Part shown: piece by piece, positions 8,928-17,675 of the stretch
Position numbering within the stretch: the first letter of the stretch is position 1
How the letters are laid out: every line of letters starts with the position of its first letter
Origin: an uncultured Angelakisella sp.
GTDB taxonomy: Bacteria > Bacillota > Clostridia > Oscillospirales > Ruminococcaceae
Direction of reading: 5' to 3'
NCBI GenBank assembly: GCA_910585525.1
Contig: CAJUFR010000006.1
Span: 4,506 to 68,505 of the forward strand
DNA: 64,000 bases
Notes under the pieces: generated by a model
The model's input: the letters and a program-made list of their open reading frames with translations, nothing else
Told to the model about the DNA's origin: nothing
Databases searched by the model: none
Made by a program: the position numbers and the translations under genes

Positions 8928-10758
8928 AGCAAGCACCTCCCAGCAATCGGTTGGCCCCGCAGCCGGAGCAGCGGCGGCGGCAGTTTTCGGTGGTGGTGTC
9001 CGCCCAGGCCCTTTTGTCCTCCCGGATGAGGAAATCCTTGGCAAGACCGTAGTCCAGGTGGTCCCAGGGCAGCACCTCGCCGTAGTCCCGGCGGCGGCAG
9101 GCGTAGAAATCGGCGGAAAGCCCCGCCTGGGCCAGGGCGTCGTCCCATCGCTCCACCGAGAAGTGCTGGTCCCAGCCCTCCAGGTTGCCCCCGGCCCGCC
9201 ACACCGCCTCCACCACCCGGTCCAGGCGGCGGTCCCCACGGGCCAGCACCGCCTCCACCCGGCTGGTGGCGGCGTCGTGGTAGTTGATCCGTATCTTTTT
9301 GCTGCTCACCTTTTCCAGCAGCCGCTTCTGCTTCTCCCGGAACTGCTCCAGGCTGTCCTGGGGCTCGAACTGGAAGGGGGTATGGGGCTTGGGGACGAAG
9401 CAGGCCACGCTGATGGTCACCTGCACCCCCCGGCCCTTGGGCTTGTCCGGCATGCGGTAGTAGAGGTCCACCACCTTCTGGGCCAGTTCCAGCATGGCGT
9501 CTATGTCCTCCGGGGTCTCGGTGGGCAGGCCCATCATAAAGTACAGCTTCATGGAGGTGCAGCCCCCGGCAAAGGCGGTGCGGGCGGTGGCCAGCACCTC
9601 CTCCTCGGTGACGTTTTTGTTGATGGCGTCCCGGAGCCGCTGGCTCCCCGCCTCCGGGGCGAAGGTAAGGCCGCTTCTGCGGACCTTCTGCACCAGTTCC
9701 AGCAGCCGGGGGGAGAAGTTGTCCACCCGCAGGGAGGGCAGGGCGATGTTCACCTTCTTCTCCCCGGTCCAGGGGAGCATCGCCTCCATCAGCGGCTCCA
9801 GGCGGCTGTGGTCGCTGGTGGAAAGGGAGGTGAGGGACACCTCCTCGTACCCGGTGGCGGCGCAGAGGGTCCGGGCCTGCCGGTCCAGCACCTCCGGGTC
9901 CTTCTCCCGGAAGGGGCGGTAGATGTACCCCGCCTGGCAGAAGCGGCAGCCCCGGATGCAGCCCCGGAGCACCTCCACCATGGCCCGGTCGTGGACCGCC
10001 TCGGTAAAGGGCACCACAAAGTCATCGGGGAAGAACATGGCGGACAGGTCCTTCACGATCCGCTTCTGCACCCTGGCCGGAGCCCCCTCCCGGGGGGTCA
10101 CCGCCTGGATGACGCCGTCCTCCCGGTAGGTCACGTCGTAGAGGGAGGGGACATAGATGCCGGGGATCCGGGCGGCCTGGCGGAGGAACTGGCTTTTGGA
10201 AAGGCCCTCCCGTTTGGCCTGGCGGAGGAGGTCCAGCATCTCCAGCATCAGCTCCTCCCCCTCCCCCAGCTGGAAGAGGTCGAAGAAGCCGGCCACCGGC
10301 TCCGGGGCGCAGGCGCAGGGGCCGCCGCCGATGACCAGGGGCCAGTCCTCCCCCCGGTCCTCCGCCCGGACAGGGAGCCCCGCCAGGTCCAGCATATTCA
10401 AAACGGTGGTGTAGCACATCTCGTACTGGAGGGTGAAACCGATGACGTCGAACTCCCGGATGGGGTCGAAGCTCTCCAGGCCGTAGAGGGGGATGTTCTC
10501 CCGGCGCATGATCTCCTCAAAGTCGCTGTCCGGGGCAAAGACCCGCTCGCACCACATCCCCTCCCGGGCGTTGATGAGGGAGTAAAGTATCTTCATCCCC
10601 AGGTGGGACATCCCCACCTCGTAAAGATCGGGGAAGCAGAAGGCGAACCGCAGGTCCACTTCCCCCCGGTCCTTCTGGACGCTGCCGGGTTCCCCGCCGC
10701 AGTAGCGGGCGGGCTTCTGGACCTTCAGCAGCTGCCGGTCGATATTCGCTGGTATCAT
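8902..10758 (-). CDS. TIGR03960-family radical SAM protein with B12-binding-like N-domain
   Basis: Track ORF trimmed to ATG at 10758, with AGGAGG upstream (MIPANIDRQLLKVQKPARYCGGE). It has the CxxxCxxC-type cluster motif RGCIRGCRFCQAG. Confidence 0.85.
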   Translation of the reverse strand: MIPANIDRQLLKVQKPARYCGGEPGSVQKDRGEVDLRFAFCFPDLYEVGMSHLGMKILYSLINAREGMWCERVFAPDSDFEEIMRRENIPLYGLESFDPIREFDVIGFTLQYEMCYTTVLNMLDLAGLPVRAEDRGEDWPLVIGGGPCACAPEPVAGFFDLFQLGEGEELMLEMLDLLRQAKREGLSKSQFLRQAARIPGIYVPSLYDVTYREDGVIQAVTPREGAPARVQKRIVKDLSAMFFPDDFVVPFTEAVHDRAMVEVLRGCIRGCRFCQAGYIYRPFREKDPEVLDRQARTLCAATGYEEVSLTSLSTSDHSRLEPLMEAMLPWTGEKKVNIALPSLRVDNFSPRLLELVQKVRRSGLTFAPEAGSQRLRDAINKNVTEEEVLATARTAFAGGCTSMKLYFMMGLPTETPEDIDAMLELAQKVVDLYYRMPDKPKGRGVQVTISVACFVPKPHTPFQFEPQDSLEQFREKQKRLLEKVSSKKIRINYHDAATSRVEAVLARGDRRLDRVVEAVWRAGGNLEGWDQHFSVERWDDALAQAGLSADFYACRRRDYGEVLPWDHLDYGLAKDFLIREDKRAWADTTTENCRRRCSGCGANRLLGGACFEADTGVL

Positions 10759-10848
10759 ACCATACCTCCTGGTAAGTTGGTGTGGGGGACGGGGCGGAGG
10801 GAGAACAGCAACCCCTGGCAAAGCCGGGGGTTGCCTATTCCAACTCAT

Positions 10849-12012
10849 TTAGCCCGCCGCGTCATACACGATGTTCCCCTGGCAGATGGTGAGCCGCACC
10901 CGGTTGGCCTTGTCCAGGAACACCATATCGGCGTCCTTGCCCACCTCCAGGCTGCCCTTGCGGTGGGCAAGGCCCAGCATCCGGGCCGGTGTCTCGGAGA
11001 ACAGGGGCAGGCACTGGGCGAAGGTGAGGCCGCTGGCCTCGGCCAGCTGCAGCAGGCCGTTTTCCGCCGTGCAGACGCTGCCCGCCCAGCAGCCGTCCTC
11101 CAGGAAGGCCAGGACCCCGTCCCGCAGGGCGGCGCTGCGGCCCCCGATCTGGTACAGTCCCTCCGGCTGGCCGGCCGGGGCGGTGCAGCCGGTGACGGCG
11201 GCGGTGCGGGCCATCCCCTTGGCGCGCAGCAGCAGCCGCAGCAGCGGCGGCGGGGTGCAGCTGCTGTCACAGAGCACCTCGCAAAAGACATCCTGCTCCA
11301 GGGCGGCGGCCACCAGCCCCGGCTCCTCCCGGCTCATGGGGGCGGTGTGGTGGAAGATGTGGGTGATGCCCACCGCCCCCGCCTGGATGCAGTCCATCAC
11401 CTGCTGGTACCCGGCCCCGGTGTGGCCCAGGAACACCCGCACCCCCTCGCCGGTGAGGCGCTGGGTCAGCTGGGGGGCGCCGGGCAGTTCCGGGGAGATG
11501 GTGACCCGGGTGACGATGCCCCCGGAGGCGTCCTGGACCCGGCGGTAGAAGGAGTAGCTGGGCAGCCGCAGCCGCTCCTCCGGGATCTCGTCCCCTTGCC
11601 AGCCCGGGGCGAGGAAGGGGCCCTCCAGGTGGATGCCGGCGATCTGGGGGCAGTTCATCTGCTTTTTGGCGCTGCCGATGGCGGCGGCGGCCTCCAGGGT
11701 ATCCTCCTCGCTGCCGCCGCCGATGGCGGGCAGGAAGGAGGTGACCCCGTGGGCGGCGCAGAAGTCCCGCAGCACCCGGACCTCCCGGGCCTCGGTAACG
11801 GTGTCGAAGGAAAGGCCCATGGCCCCGTGGAAGTGGGCGTCGATCAGGCCCGGGATAGCCAGCATCCCGTGGCCGTCGATGACCCTGCCGTAGGCGTCCC
11901 CCGGGGGCAGGATGCCCTGGACCCGCCCCTCGCTGATGCGCAGGTTGCAGCCCCGGACCTTGCCCTCCAGCACAGCCCGGACGTTGATGATGGTGGTGAT
12001 GATACCCGCCAT
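10849..12012 (-). CDS. amidohydrolase, NagA-like (N-acetylglucosamine-6-phosphate deacetylase family)
   Basis: The 768-aa track ORF was trimmed to ATG at 12012 (MAGIITTIINVRAV..). Motifs are GLIDAHFHG, GIHLEGPFL and ITHIFHH. Not every NagA motif is canonical. Confidence 0.65.
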   Translation of the reverse strand: MAGIITTIINVRAVLEGKVRGCNLRISEGRVQGILPPGDAYGRVIDGHGMLAIPGLIDAHFHGAMGLSFDTVTEAREVRVLRDFCAAHGVTSFLPAIGGGSEEDTLEAAAAIGSAKKQMNCPQIAGIHLEGPFLAPGWQGDEIPEERLRLPSYSFYRRVQDASGGIVTRVTISPELPGAPQLTQRLTGEGVRVFLGHTGAGYQQVMDCIQAGAVGITHIFHHTAPMSREEPGLVAAALEQDVFCEVLCDSSCTPPPLLRLLLRAKGMARTAAVTGCTAPAGQPEGLYQIGGRSAALRDGVLAFLEDGCWAGSVCTAENGLLQLAEASGLTFAQCLPLFSETPARMLGLAHRKGSLEVGKDADMVFLDKANRVRLTICQGNIVYDAAG

Positions 12013-12270
12013 AAGTTCCCCTTTCCCGAGGGTCTGGGCCCCCGGCTGAATGTAAATTTCCCGTAAAATTTCACCGTTTGGCCGTGATCCGGCCCTTTGG
12101 CAGTAGAAAAATCCCGGAAAAAAGTATAAGATAGATGCCATGATAACAGGTGACCTATTTATTATACACCTTAAAAAGGAAAGTGCAAGGAAGAAGGACG
12201 AAAAGAGAGCCTTTTTTGGAGAACGCGGCCCATCCGGGGGGTGATGGCCGGGAAAGGACGGTGCGCCTCG

Positions 12271-13152
12271 ATGATGCTTTCGATGGAAAACAACCGGTTC
12301 CGGGTGGACGTGGAGATGGTGGGGGCGGAACTCATCTCCATCCTGGACAAGGCCAACCGGCGGGAATACCTGTGGCAGGGGGACCCGGCGGTGTGGGCCC
12401 ACCGGGCGCCGGTGCTGTTCCCCGCCTGCGGCCCCCTGGAGGGCGGCGCCCTTTCCACCCAGGGGCGGTCCTACCCCATGGAGCCCGGCGGCTTCGCCAT
12501 GCGGCTGCGGCACAAGCTGGTCTGCCAGGATAACGGCCTCATCTGTATGCGGCTGGAGAGCACCCCGGAGACCGAGGCCCTTTACCCCTACCGCTTCGCT
12601 GTCAAAACCACCTACGCCCTGAAGGAGAACCGTGTCTCCAGCCGGATGAAGGTGCTGAACTACGGCAAACGGACCATGTACTTCCGGTGCGGCTTCCTCA
12701 CCGCCTTCCAGTGCCCCTTTGTCCCGGGGACCACGGCGGAAGACTATGCGGTGCGGCTGGAGCAGCCGGAGGCGCTGACCCTGCTGGAGCGCCGGGAGGA
12801 CGGGCTCCTCACCCGCCAGACCCGGATGTGGGAGCCGGAGCGGGGGGTCATCCCCCTGCGCTCCGGGGCGCTGGACGGGGGGCTGCTGCTGAAGGAGCCC
12901 ACCAGCCAGTACCTGCAATACAGCTGCGGCTCCACCGGGGAATACGTGCGGGTCTACCTGCGGGGGGCGCCCTACGCCTACCTGCGGACCGCCCCGGCCC
13001 AGGAGCGGCAGATGCTCTGCGTCGGCAGTTGCCACGGCACCCCGGACTTCGCCGGGGCCGCTGCCCCCTGGGAACAGCGAGAGAACGTCATCGCCTTGGG
13101 GTCGATGGAGGAATACTATGCCCACCAGACCATCGAGATCGGGACAGTGTGA
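12271..13152 (+). CDS. aldose 1-epimerase family protein
   Basis: Track ORF 12241..13152 has a GTG start. I prefer ATG at 12271 after AAAGGA, though 12283 is also possible. WAHRAPVLFPACG resembles the mutarotase-family W..H.P.LFP motif. Confidence 0.7.
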   Translation: MMLSMENNRFRVDVEMVGAELISILDKANRREYLWQGDPAVWAHRAPVLFPACGPLEGGALSTQGRSYPMEPGGFAMRLRHKLVCQDNGLICMRLESTPETEALYPYRFAVKTTYALKENRVSSRMKVLNYGKRTMYFRCGFLTAFQCPFVPGTTAEDYAVRLEQPEALTLLERREDGLLTRQTRMWEPERGVIPLRSGALDGGLLLKEPTSQYLQYSCGSTGEYVRVYLRGAPYAYLRTAPAQERQMLCVGSCHGTPDFAGAAAPWEQRENVIALGSMEEYYAHQTIEIGTV

Positions 13153-13164
13153 CAAACATACAAT

Positions 13165-13216
13165 AAAAAGCCCCCCGCCCGGGAAAGCCGTTTCGGCCGT
13201 CCCGGCGGGGGGCTTT
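13165..13216. terminator. bidirectional intrinsic terminator
   Basis: AAAAA-GCCCCCCGCCCGGG...CCCGGCGGGGGGC-TTT between convergent genes. Confidence 0.75.
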
Positions 13217-13222
13217 CAGGTC

Positions 13223-14305
13223 CTAAAACGGGATCTCCCGGTTTTGGTAGATCTGGTCCCGTATCTGCTGCATCTGGTAGTCCAGCGTCTCGATGGAATC
13301 GGCGCAGGCCTTTAACTGGCGGCTGATCTCGGTGGCGTGGGCCACGTCCCGCTTGTACTTTAGCTTGTGCTCCAGGCTGGCCCAGAAGTCCATGGCGATG
13401 GTGCGGAACTGCACCTCCACCTTCATCTGCTTCTTCTCCCGGGAGAGGAAGATGGGCACCTCCAGGATCAGGTGGAGGCTGCGGTAGCCGTTGGGCTTGG
13501 GGTTTTTGATATAGTCCTTCTCCCGCACCAGGGTGATGTCGTCCTGCATGGTGATCAGTTCCGCCAGGCGGTAGATGTCGTCGGGGAAGGAGCAGATGAC
13601 CCGCAGACCCGCCACGTCGGCAAGGTTCTCCTGGATGCTCTCCACCGTGATGGGCAGCCCCCGGCGGCCCAGCTTCTCGTAGATGCTGCTGATGGACTTG
13701 AGGCGGCTTTTGATGGATTCGAAGGGGTTGCGCTTGTAGGCCTGGGAAAACTCGGTGTTCAGCACCTTCAGCCGGGTCTCCATCTCCATGATGGCCGCCT
13801 CGTATTCCATCATCAGGCGGTTGAAGGACTCGGACGCCTTCAGCTGCTCCGCCTGTATCTGGATGATCTGCTTCTGCTTTTTCAGCGCCTCCGCCTGCTC
13901 CTCCACCGTCTGCTCCAGGTGCCGCTTGTAGGCGAAGAGGGTGATGGAGTTCTTCACCCGGTTTTTGACGATGGAACTCTCAAAGGGCTTGTGGATGAAG
14001 TCGGAGACCCCCAGCTGGAAGCACCGCGTCTCCACGTCGGGGGAGTATTCGCCGCTGATGATGAGCACCGGTATCTTGGGCAGCCAGCCCCGGCGGCCCA
14101 TCTCCTCCAGCACGGCGAAGCCGTCCATCCGGGGCATGTTCAGGTCCAGCAGCAGCGCCGCCGTGTTCCGGGCGTCGGCGTCCAGCTTCTCCAGGGCCTG
14201 GGCGCCGTCCTCCGCCGTGTCCACCAGGTACTCCTCCGCCAGAACATCGTGGAGCAGCTCTCGGTTCAACTCCGCGTCATCCACCACCAATATCTTCTGC
14301 AACAT
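13223..14305 (-). CDS. response-regulator receiver domain fused to RelQ/RelP-type small alarmone synthetase
   Basis: Track ORF trimmed to ATG at 14305 (MLQKILVVDDAELN). REC motifs are VVDD, LLLDLNMP, LIISG and IHKPF. A coiled-coil linker follows. SAS motifs are GLRVICSF, NGYRSLHLILEV and VEVQFRTIAMDFWASLEHKLKYK. Confidence 0.85.
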   Translation of the reverse strand: MLQKILVVDDAELNRELLHDVLAEEYLVDTAEDGAQALEKLDADARNTAALLLDLNMPRMDGFAVLEEMGRRGWLPKIPVLIISGEYSPDVETRCFQLGVSDFIHKPFESSIVKNRVKNSITLFAYKRHLEQTVEEQAEALKKQKQIIQIQAEQLKASESFNRLMMEYEAAIMEMETRLKVLNTEFSQAYKRNPFESIKSRLKSISSIYEKLGRRGLPITVESIQENLADVAGLRVICSFPDDIYRLAELITMQDDITLVREKDYIKNPKPNGYRSLHLILEVPIFLSREKKQMKVEVQFRTIAMDFWASLEHKLKYKRDVAHATEISRQLKACADSIETLDYQMQQIRDQIYQNREIPF

Positions 14306-14453
14306 CGGTCCACCCCTTTTGATCCGCCGGGAAGCCATTGGGCCAGCATCCGCCATCGTTTGATTCGGAAGGGACGCCGCCGGGCCCGGGACGTCCCTTC
14401 CTGACTATTGTAACACGATTCGACGGCCCCTGCCAAGTCCCTTGGGGGGAAAA

Positions 14454-14864
14454 TCACGCCGCCTTTTTGCGGATGTCCAGCAGGATGAGCACCAGGCTCA
14501 CCCCCATCAGGATGTGGCCGATACCAGAGACACCGGAGAGAGAGGCGTCCATCCCCCGGCTGAGGGCGGTGCCCCACACCTGGGTAAGGCCCCGGGCCAG
14601 CAGCCCCAGGGCGGTGATGTTCAGCCCCGCCTGGTAGGTCACCACCGCCTTGGCGGCGCGGCTGCCGGAGAAGGAAAGGCTCTTTTCCGCCAGCATCAGC
14701 AGCAGGAAGAAGAACATCCCCAGCAGGAAGTAGTGGGTGTGCACCACCGAGAGGGTGGTCTTGCCGGTAAACTGCTGGAACTTGGTGAACTCCCGGTAGA
14801 ACACCCCGCCGGCCATGGCCGCCAGGGCGTAGGCCAGGGCATAGTTGGCGTAACGCTTGGTCAT
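14454..14864 (-). CDS. DUF2871-like integral membrane protein
   Basis: Track ORF of 136 aa with four predicted hydrophobic segments. Confidence 0.6.
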   Translation of the reverse strand: MTKRYANYALAYALAAMAGGVFYREFTKFQQFTGKTTLSVVHTHYFLLGMFFFLLLMLAEKSLSFSGSRAAKAVVTYQAGLNITALGLLARGLTQVWGTALSRGMDASLSGVSGIGHILMGVSLVLILLDIRKKAA

Positions 14865-14897
14865 TTTCTTGTTCCTCCTTAAAGCCTATTTAGGCTC

Positions 14898-15569
14898 TTA
14901 TCCTTTCTGTTCCCGCCGCCAAAGCCGGCGGCAGATGACGATGATCCAGACATAGGCCATGGTCTTTGGGATCATCAGCACCCCCACCGCCGGCAAAACG
15001 CCGCTGAACAGCACCACCGGCAGGTAGAACCCGAAGGAGAGCCCCACCGCCAGGGGGATGTGCCGGAAGGTCCGGTCCCCGGTCTCCTTCCCCTTTTGGG
15101 CAAAGATGTAGATAATCAGCACCCCCATCGCCGCAAAGGGCAGGTTGCGCAGCACCCCGAACAGCAGCGGCTGGCGGTAGGTGAGCCACTGGTTCTGGGG
15201 CAGCAGGCAAAGGGCGACACGCATCGCCGCCAGCCCCCAGACAGCCGCCGTCAGCACCCGCCGCTCCCCCGCCCGGTAGTAGTCCCGCCAGATGTAGTAG
15301 AGCAGCAGGTAAAAGACGGTCATGGTGATGGAGGTGACGAACTTGCCAAACCCCAGGGCGGCGGCGTTGGCCTCCAGGCCGGTGGTCCAAAGGGCCCAGC
15401 ACCGGGGCACCAGGTGGAAGGAATCCCCCGCCCCCAAAAGGAAGGTCATCCACCCCGCCTTTTTCACCAGGGGGCCTTCCCCCCGCAGGAGCATGGTCAC
15501 CCCCGTGAGGATGGCAAAGCCCAGATAAAACACATCGAATATCGTTTCCGCGATGGCTTGCGGCATCAA
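14898..15569 (-). CDS. integral membrane protein, unknown function
   Basis: Track ORF of 223 aa with multiple hydrophobic helices, immediately downstream of the TetR gene. Confidence 0.6.
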   Translation of the reverse strand: MMPQAIAETIFDVFYLGFAILTGVTMLLRGEGPLVKKAGWMTFLLGAGDSFHLVPRCWALWTTGLEANAAALGFGKFVTSITMTVFYLLLYYIWRDYYRAGERRVLTAAVWGLAAMRVALCLLPQNQWLTYRQPLLFGVLRNLPFAAMGVLIIYIFAQKGKETGDRTFRHIPLAVGLSFGFYLPVVLFSGVLPAVGVLMIPKTMAYVWIIVICRRLWRREQKG

Positions 15570-15583
15570 AACAAACCCCTTTC

Positions 15584-16135
15584 CTATTTATATAGCATCC
15601 GTTCCGCCACCGCCACCAGCAGGGCGGGGGAATCCGCCCGTACCCGCAGCAGCGTCACCAGTTCCCGGGTCAGCAGGCCCGCCACCGCCTCCCGGGTCAG
15701 CACCGGGCTCCAGCTGTCCGGGGGTATCTCCCGGTCCTCCTCCAGCATCCCCAGGATGATGCCCGCCAGCTGCCGCTGGGCGGCGGCCATCCGGGCGGGG
15801 CCGGCGGCCCCCGACCCTCCCAGGTGGCCCATCAGCCGGCCGCCGGGGGCGTCCATCTGCCTGCGCAGCAGCCGGAACACCTCCCCCAGCCGGTCAGAGA
15901 CCCGCCCCGGGGGGATGGCGGTCTCTAGTTCCCCCAGGGCCTCCCGCCAGCAGTCCTCGGTAAGGGCCAGCAGCAGTTCGTCCTTGCCGGAAAAATAATT
16001 GTAAACGGTGCCGGTGGCCACCCCCGCCCGGCGGGCGATATCCCGGATGTTGATGGCCTCCGGCCCCTGCTCTTCGGCCACCTCCCGGGCCAGTCCCAGC
16101 AGGGTGTCCCGCAGGGTGTCGTCCTTTTTCCTCAT
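15584..16135 (-). CDS. TetR/AcrR family transcriptional regulator
   Basis: Track ORF trimmed to ATG at 16135 (MRKKDDTLRDTLL). HTH reads INIRDIARRAGVATGTVYNYFSGKDEL. Confidence 0.85.
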   Translation of the reverse strand: MRKKDDTLRDTLLGLAREVAEEQGPEAINIRDIARRAGVATGTVYNYFSGKDELLLALTEDCWREALGELETAIPPGRVSDRLGEVFRLLRRQMDAPGGRLMGHLGGSGAAGPARMAAAQRQLAGIILGMLEEDREIPPDSWSPVLTREAVAGLLTRELVTLLRVRADSPALLVAVAERMLYK

Positions 16136-16158
16136 CCCTTCCCCTTCCTTTTTCAAAT

Positions 16159-16178
16159 TAAATGAACATGTTCATTTA
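16159..16178. promoter_or_regulatory. 20-bp perfect palindrome, probable TetR operator
   Basis: TAAATGAACATGTTCATTTA lies about 25 nt upstream of the TetR start codon. Confidence 0.6.
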
Positions 16179-16312
16179 TATCCTATCAGCTTCCAGGCGG
16201 TTTGTCAACCGCTTTGGGACAGCCTTGTTTCACTTGGCCGTGATACCAGCCAAAAATACCAATTCTATCTAATTTACCCTCCAAAATACGGACTAATTGA
16301 CGAAAATGAGGA

Positions 16313-16341
16313 TTGACACCGCCGGAAAAGCACATTAAAAT
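16313..16341 (+). promoter_or_regulatory. sigma-A type promoter of the nucleoside ABC operon
   Basis: TTGACA-17 nt-TAAAAT, about 90 nt upstream of the BMP lipoprotein start. Confidence 0.65.
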
Positions 16342-16431
16342 AGTTACAAGTACATAGAGTGCGGATACCCCGCCCTCCCGTGTACCAAAGACTGGGCCCT
16401 TGGGCCCGTAACGTGAAAGGGAGAAATCAAA

Positions 16432-17571
16432 ATGAAAAAGTATCTTTCTGTCCTGCTGGCCGCCCTGATGGTGCTCGCCATCATGGCTGGCTGCGGCGGC
16501 AACGGTGGTTCCTCCACCCCCGCCCCTGCCCCCTCCGGTGACAACAGCACCCCCGCCCCCGAGGGCACCAAGGTCTGGAATGTCGCCAACATCGTCAACG
16601 GCAACCTGGGCGACAAGTCCTTCTTCGACTCCTGCGAAGCCGGTCTGAAGAAGCTCCAGGACGACGGTCTCATCAAGTACAAGACCTTTGAACTGGGCGC
16701 CACCGACGCCGACCAGCCCAAGTGGGTCTCCACCCTGGACGAACTGTCCGCCGACGGCAGCTACGACCTCATCGTCTGCGGCACCTACCAGATGGACGCC
16801 TACCTGAACGAGTGCGCCGCCAAGTACCCCGACCAGAAGTACTTCATCTACGACGCCGAAGTGGCCCAGCCCAACGTGGCCAGCATCACCTTCAAGCAGA
16901 ACGACCTGGGTTACCTGGTGGGTACCGCTGCCGCCCTCATGACCTCCTCCAGCATGGAGAAGATCAATTCCGAGAAGGTCATCGGCTTTGTCGGCGGCGA
17001 GGATGGCCCCGTCATCAACGACTTCCTGGTGGGCTTCATCCAGGGCGCCCAGGCTGCTGACCCCGAGGTGAAGATCGATAGCCAGTATGTCGGTAACTTC
17101 TACGACACCGGCCGCGGCAAGGAGATCGCCAACGTCATGGTCAACAACAAGTGCGACGTTATCTGGGGCGTTGCCGGCGGCGCCGGCAACGGGGCGGCTG
17201 AAGCCGCCGCCGAGCACAACGTCTGGTTCATCGGCGTTGACTCCGACCAGGAGGCCACCTTCTCCGCTTCCCAGCCCCAGATGGCCGCTGCGACCATCTT
17301 CTCCGGCCTGAAGAACTGCGGCGACGGCGTCATCTACATGCTGAACAAGCTGAACGACGGCACCATCGAGTGGGGCAAGACCACCCAGCTGGGTATCGCC
17401 GAGGGCGGCGTTGGCCTGACCAACGGCGGCAACTTCCAGAAGCTCCCCGACGACATCAAGAAGGCCCTGGACGATGTGGCCCCCAAGGTCACCTCCGGCG
17501 AGATCAAGGTGGACACCGCTTTCGACGAGTCCTTTGACGTTAAGGGTCTCCGTGATTCCGTCCGTCCCTAA
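16432..17571 (+). CDS. BMP-family (PnrA-like) ABC transporter substrate-binding lipoprotein
   Basis: Track ORF of 379 aa with lipobox LAIMAGCGG. BMP-family pattern, followed by a double-ATPase and two permeases. Confidence 0.9.
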   Translation: MKKYLSVLLAALMVLAIMAGCGGNGGSSTPAPAPSGDNSTPAPEGTKVWNVANIVNGNLGDKSFFDSCEAGLKKLQDDGLIKYKTFELGATDADQPKWVSTLDELSADGSYDLIVCGTYQMDAYLNECAAKYPDQKYFIYDAEVAQPNVASITFKQNDLGYLVGTAAALMTSSSMEKINSEKVIGFVGGEDGPVINDFLVGFIQGAQAADPEVKIDSQYVGNFYDTGRGKEIANVMVNNKCDVIWGVAGGAGNGAAEAAAEHNVWFIGVDSDQEATFSASQPQMAAATIFSGLKNCGDGVIYMLNKLNDGTIEWGKTTQLGIAEGGVGLTNGGNFQKLPDDIKKALDDVAPKVTSGEIKVDTAFDESFDVKGLRDSVRP

Positions 17572-17610
17572 ACACGGGCGGGGCGAATAATCCTTTGGCA
17601 TGATCTGCAA

Positions 17611-17642
17611 GGGGGGAGCTGTAGCTGCGGCTCCCCCTTTTT
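17611..17642 (+). terminator. intra-operon intrinsic terminator/attenuator after the binding-protein gene
   Basis: GGGGGGAGC-tgtagctgc-GGCTCCCCC followed by TTTTT. Confidence 0.7.
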
Positions 17643-17675
17643 AAAAATCACGACAGCTTGAGAGGAGGAAATCGT

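Noticed and set aside
8788-12066. 1092-aa plus-strand ORF, with similar giants at 60628..63804 (-), 3972..6068 (+), 17568..19520 (-), 21646..23697 (-), 42809..44476 (-), 48412..50781 (+), 53558..55585 (+), 36391..38448 (+) and 16186..17610 (-)
   Set aside because: These are antisense or out-of-frame shadows of clearly identifiable genes (radical SAM/nagA, pyrG/purA, ylqF/lepB, the ABC ATPase, nucleoside hydrolases, the carboxypeptidase, ffh, glpK, cysS and the BMP lipoprotein). Their translations are Gly/Pro/Arg/Ala/His-rich low-complexity sequence, as expected when stop codons are rare in high-GC DNA.
10849-13155. Long N-terminal extensions in the ORF track (for example 768 aa for the NagA-like gene, 475 aa for DUF554, 341 aa at 6598..7623, 428 aa for MsmX and 525 aa for glpK)
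   Set aside because: The extensions overlap neighbouring genes or promoters, are compositionally junk and lack an SD. Internal ATG, GTG or TTG codons with good SD sequences coincide with the conserved N-termini of the families.
14367-14401. GGAAGGGACG...CGTCCCTTCC hairpin as a terminator for the DUF2871 gene
   Set aside because: No U-tract follows on either strand. It may simply be a stabilising or insulating hairpin between the DUF2871 gene and the REC-SAS promoter.
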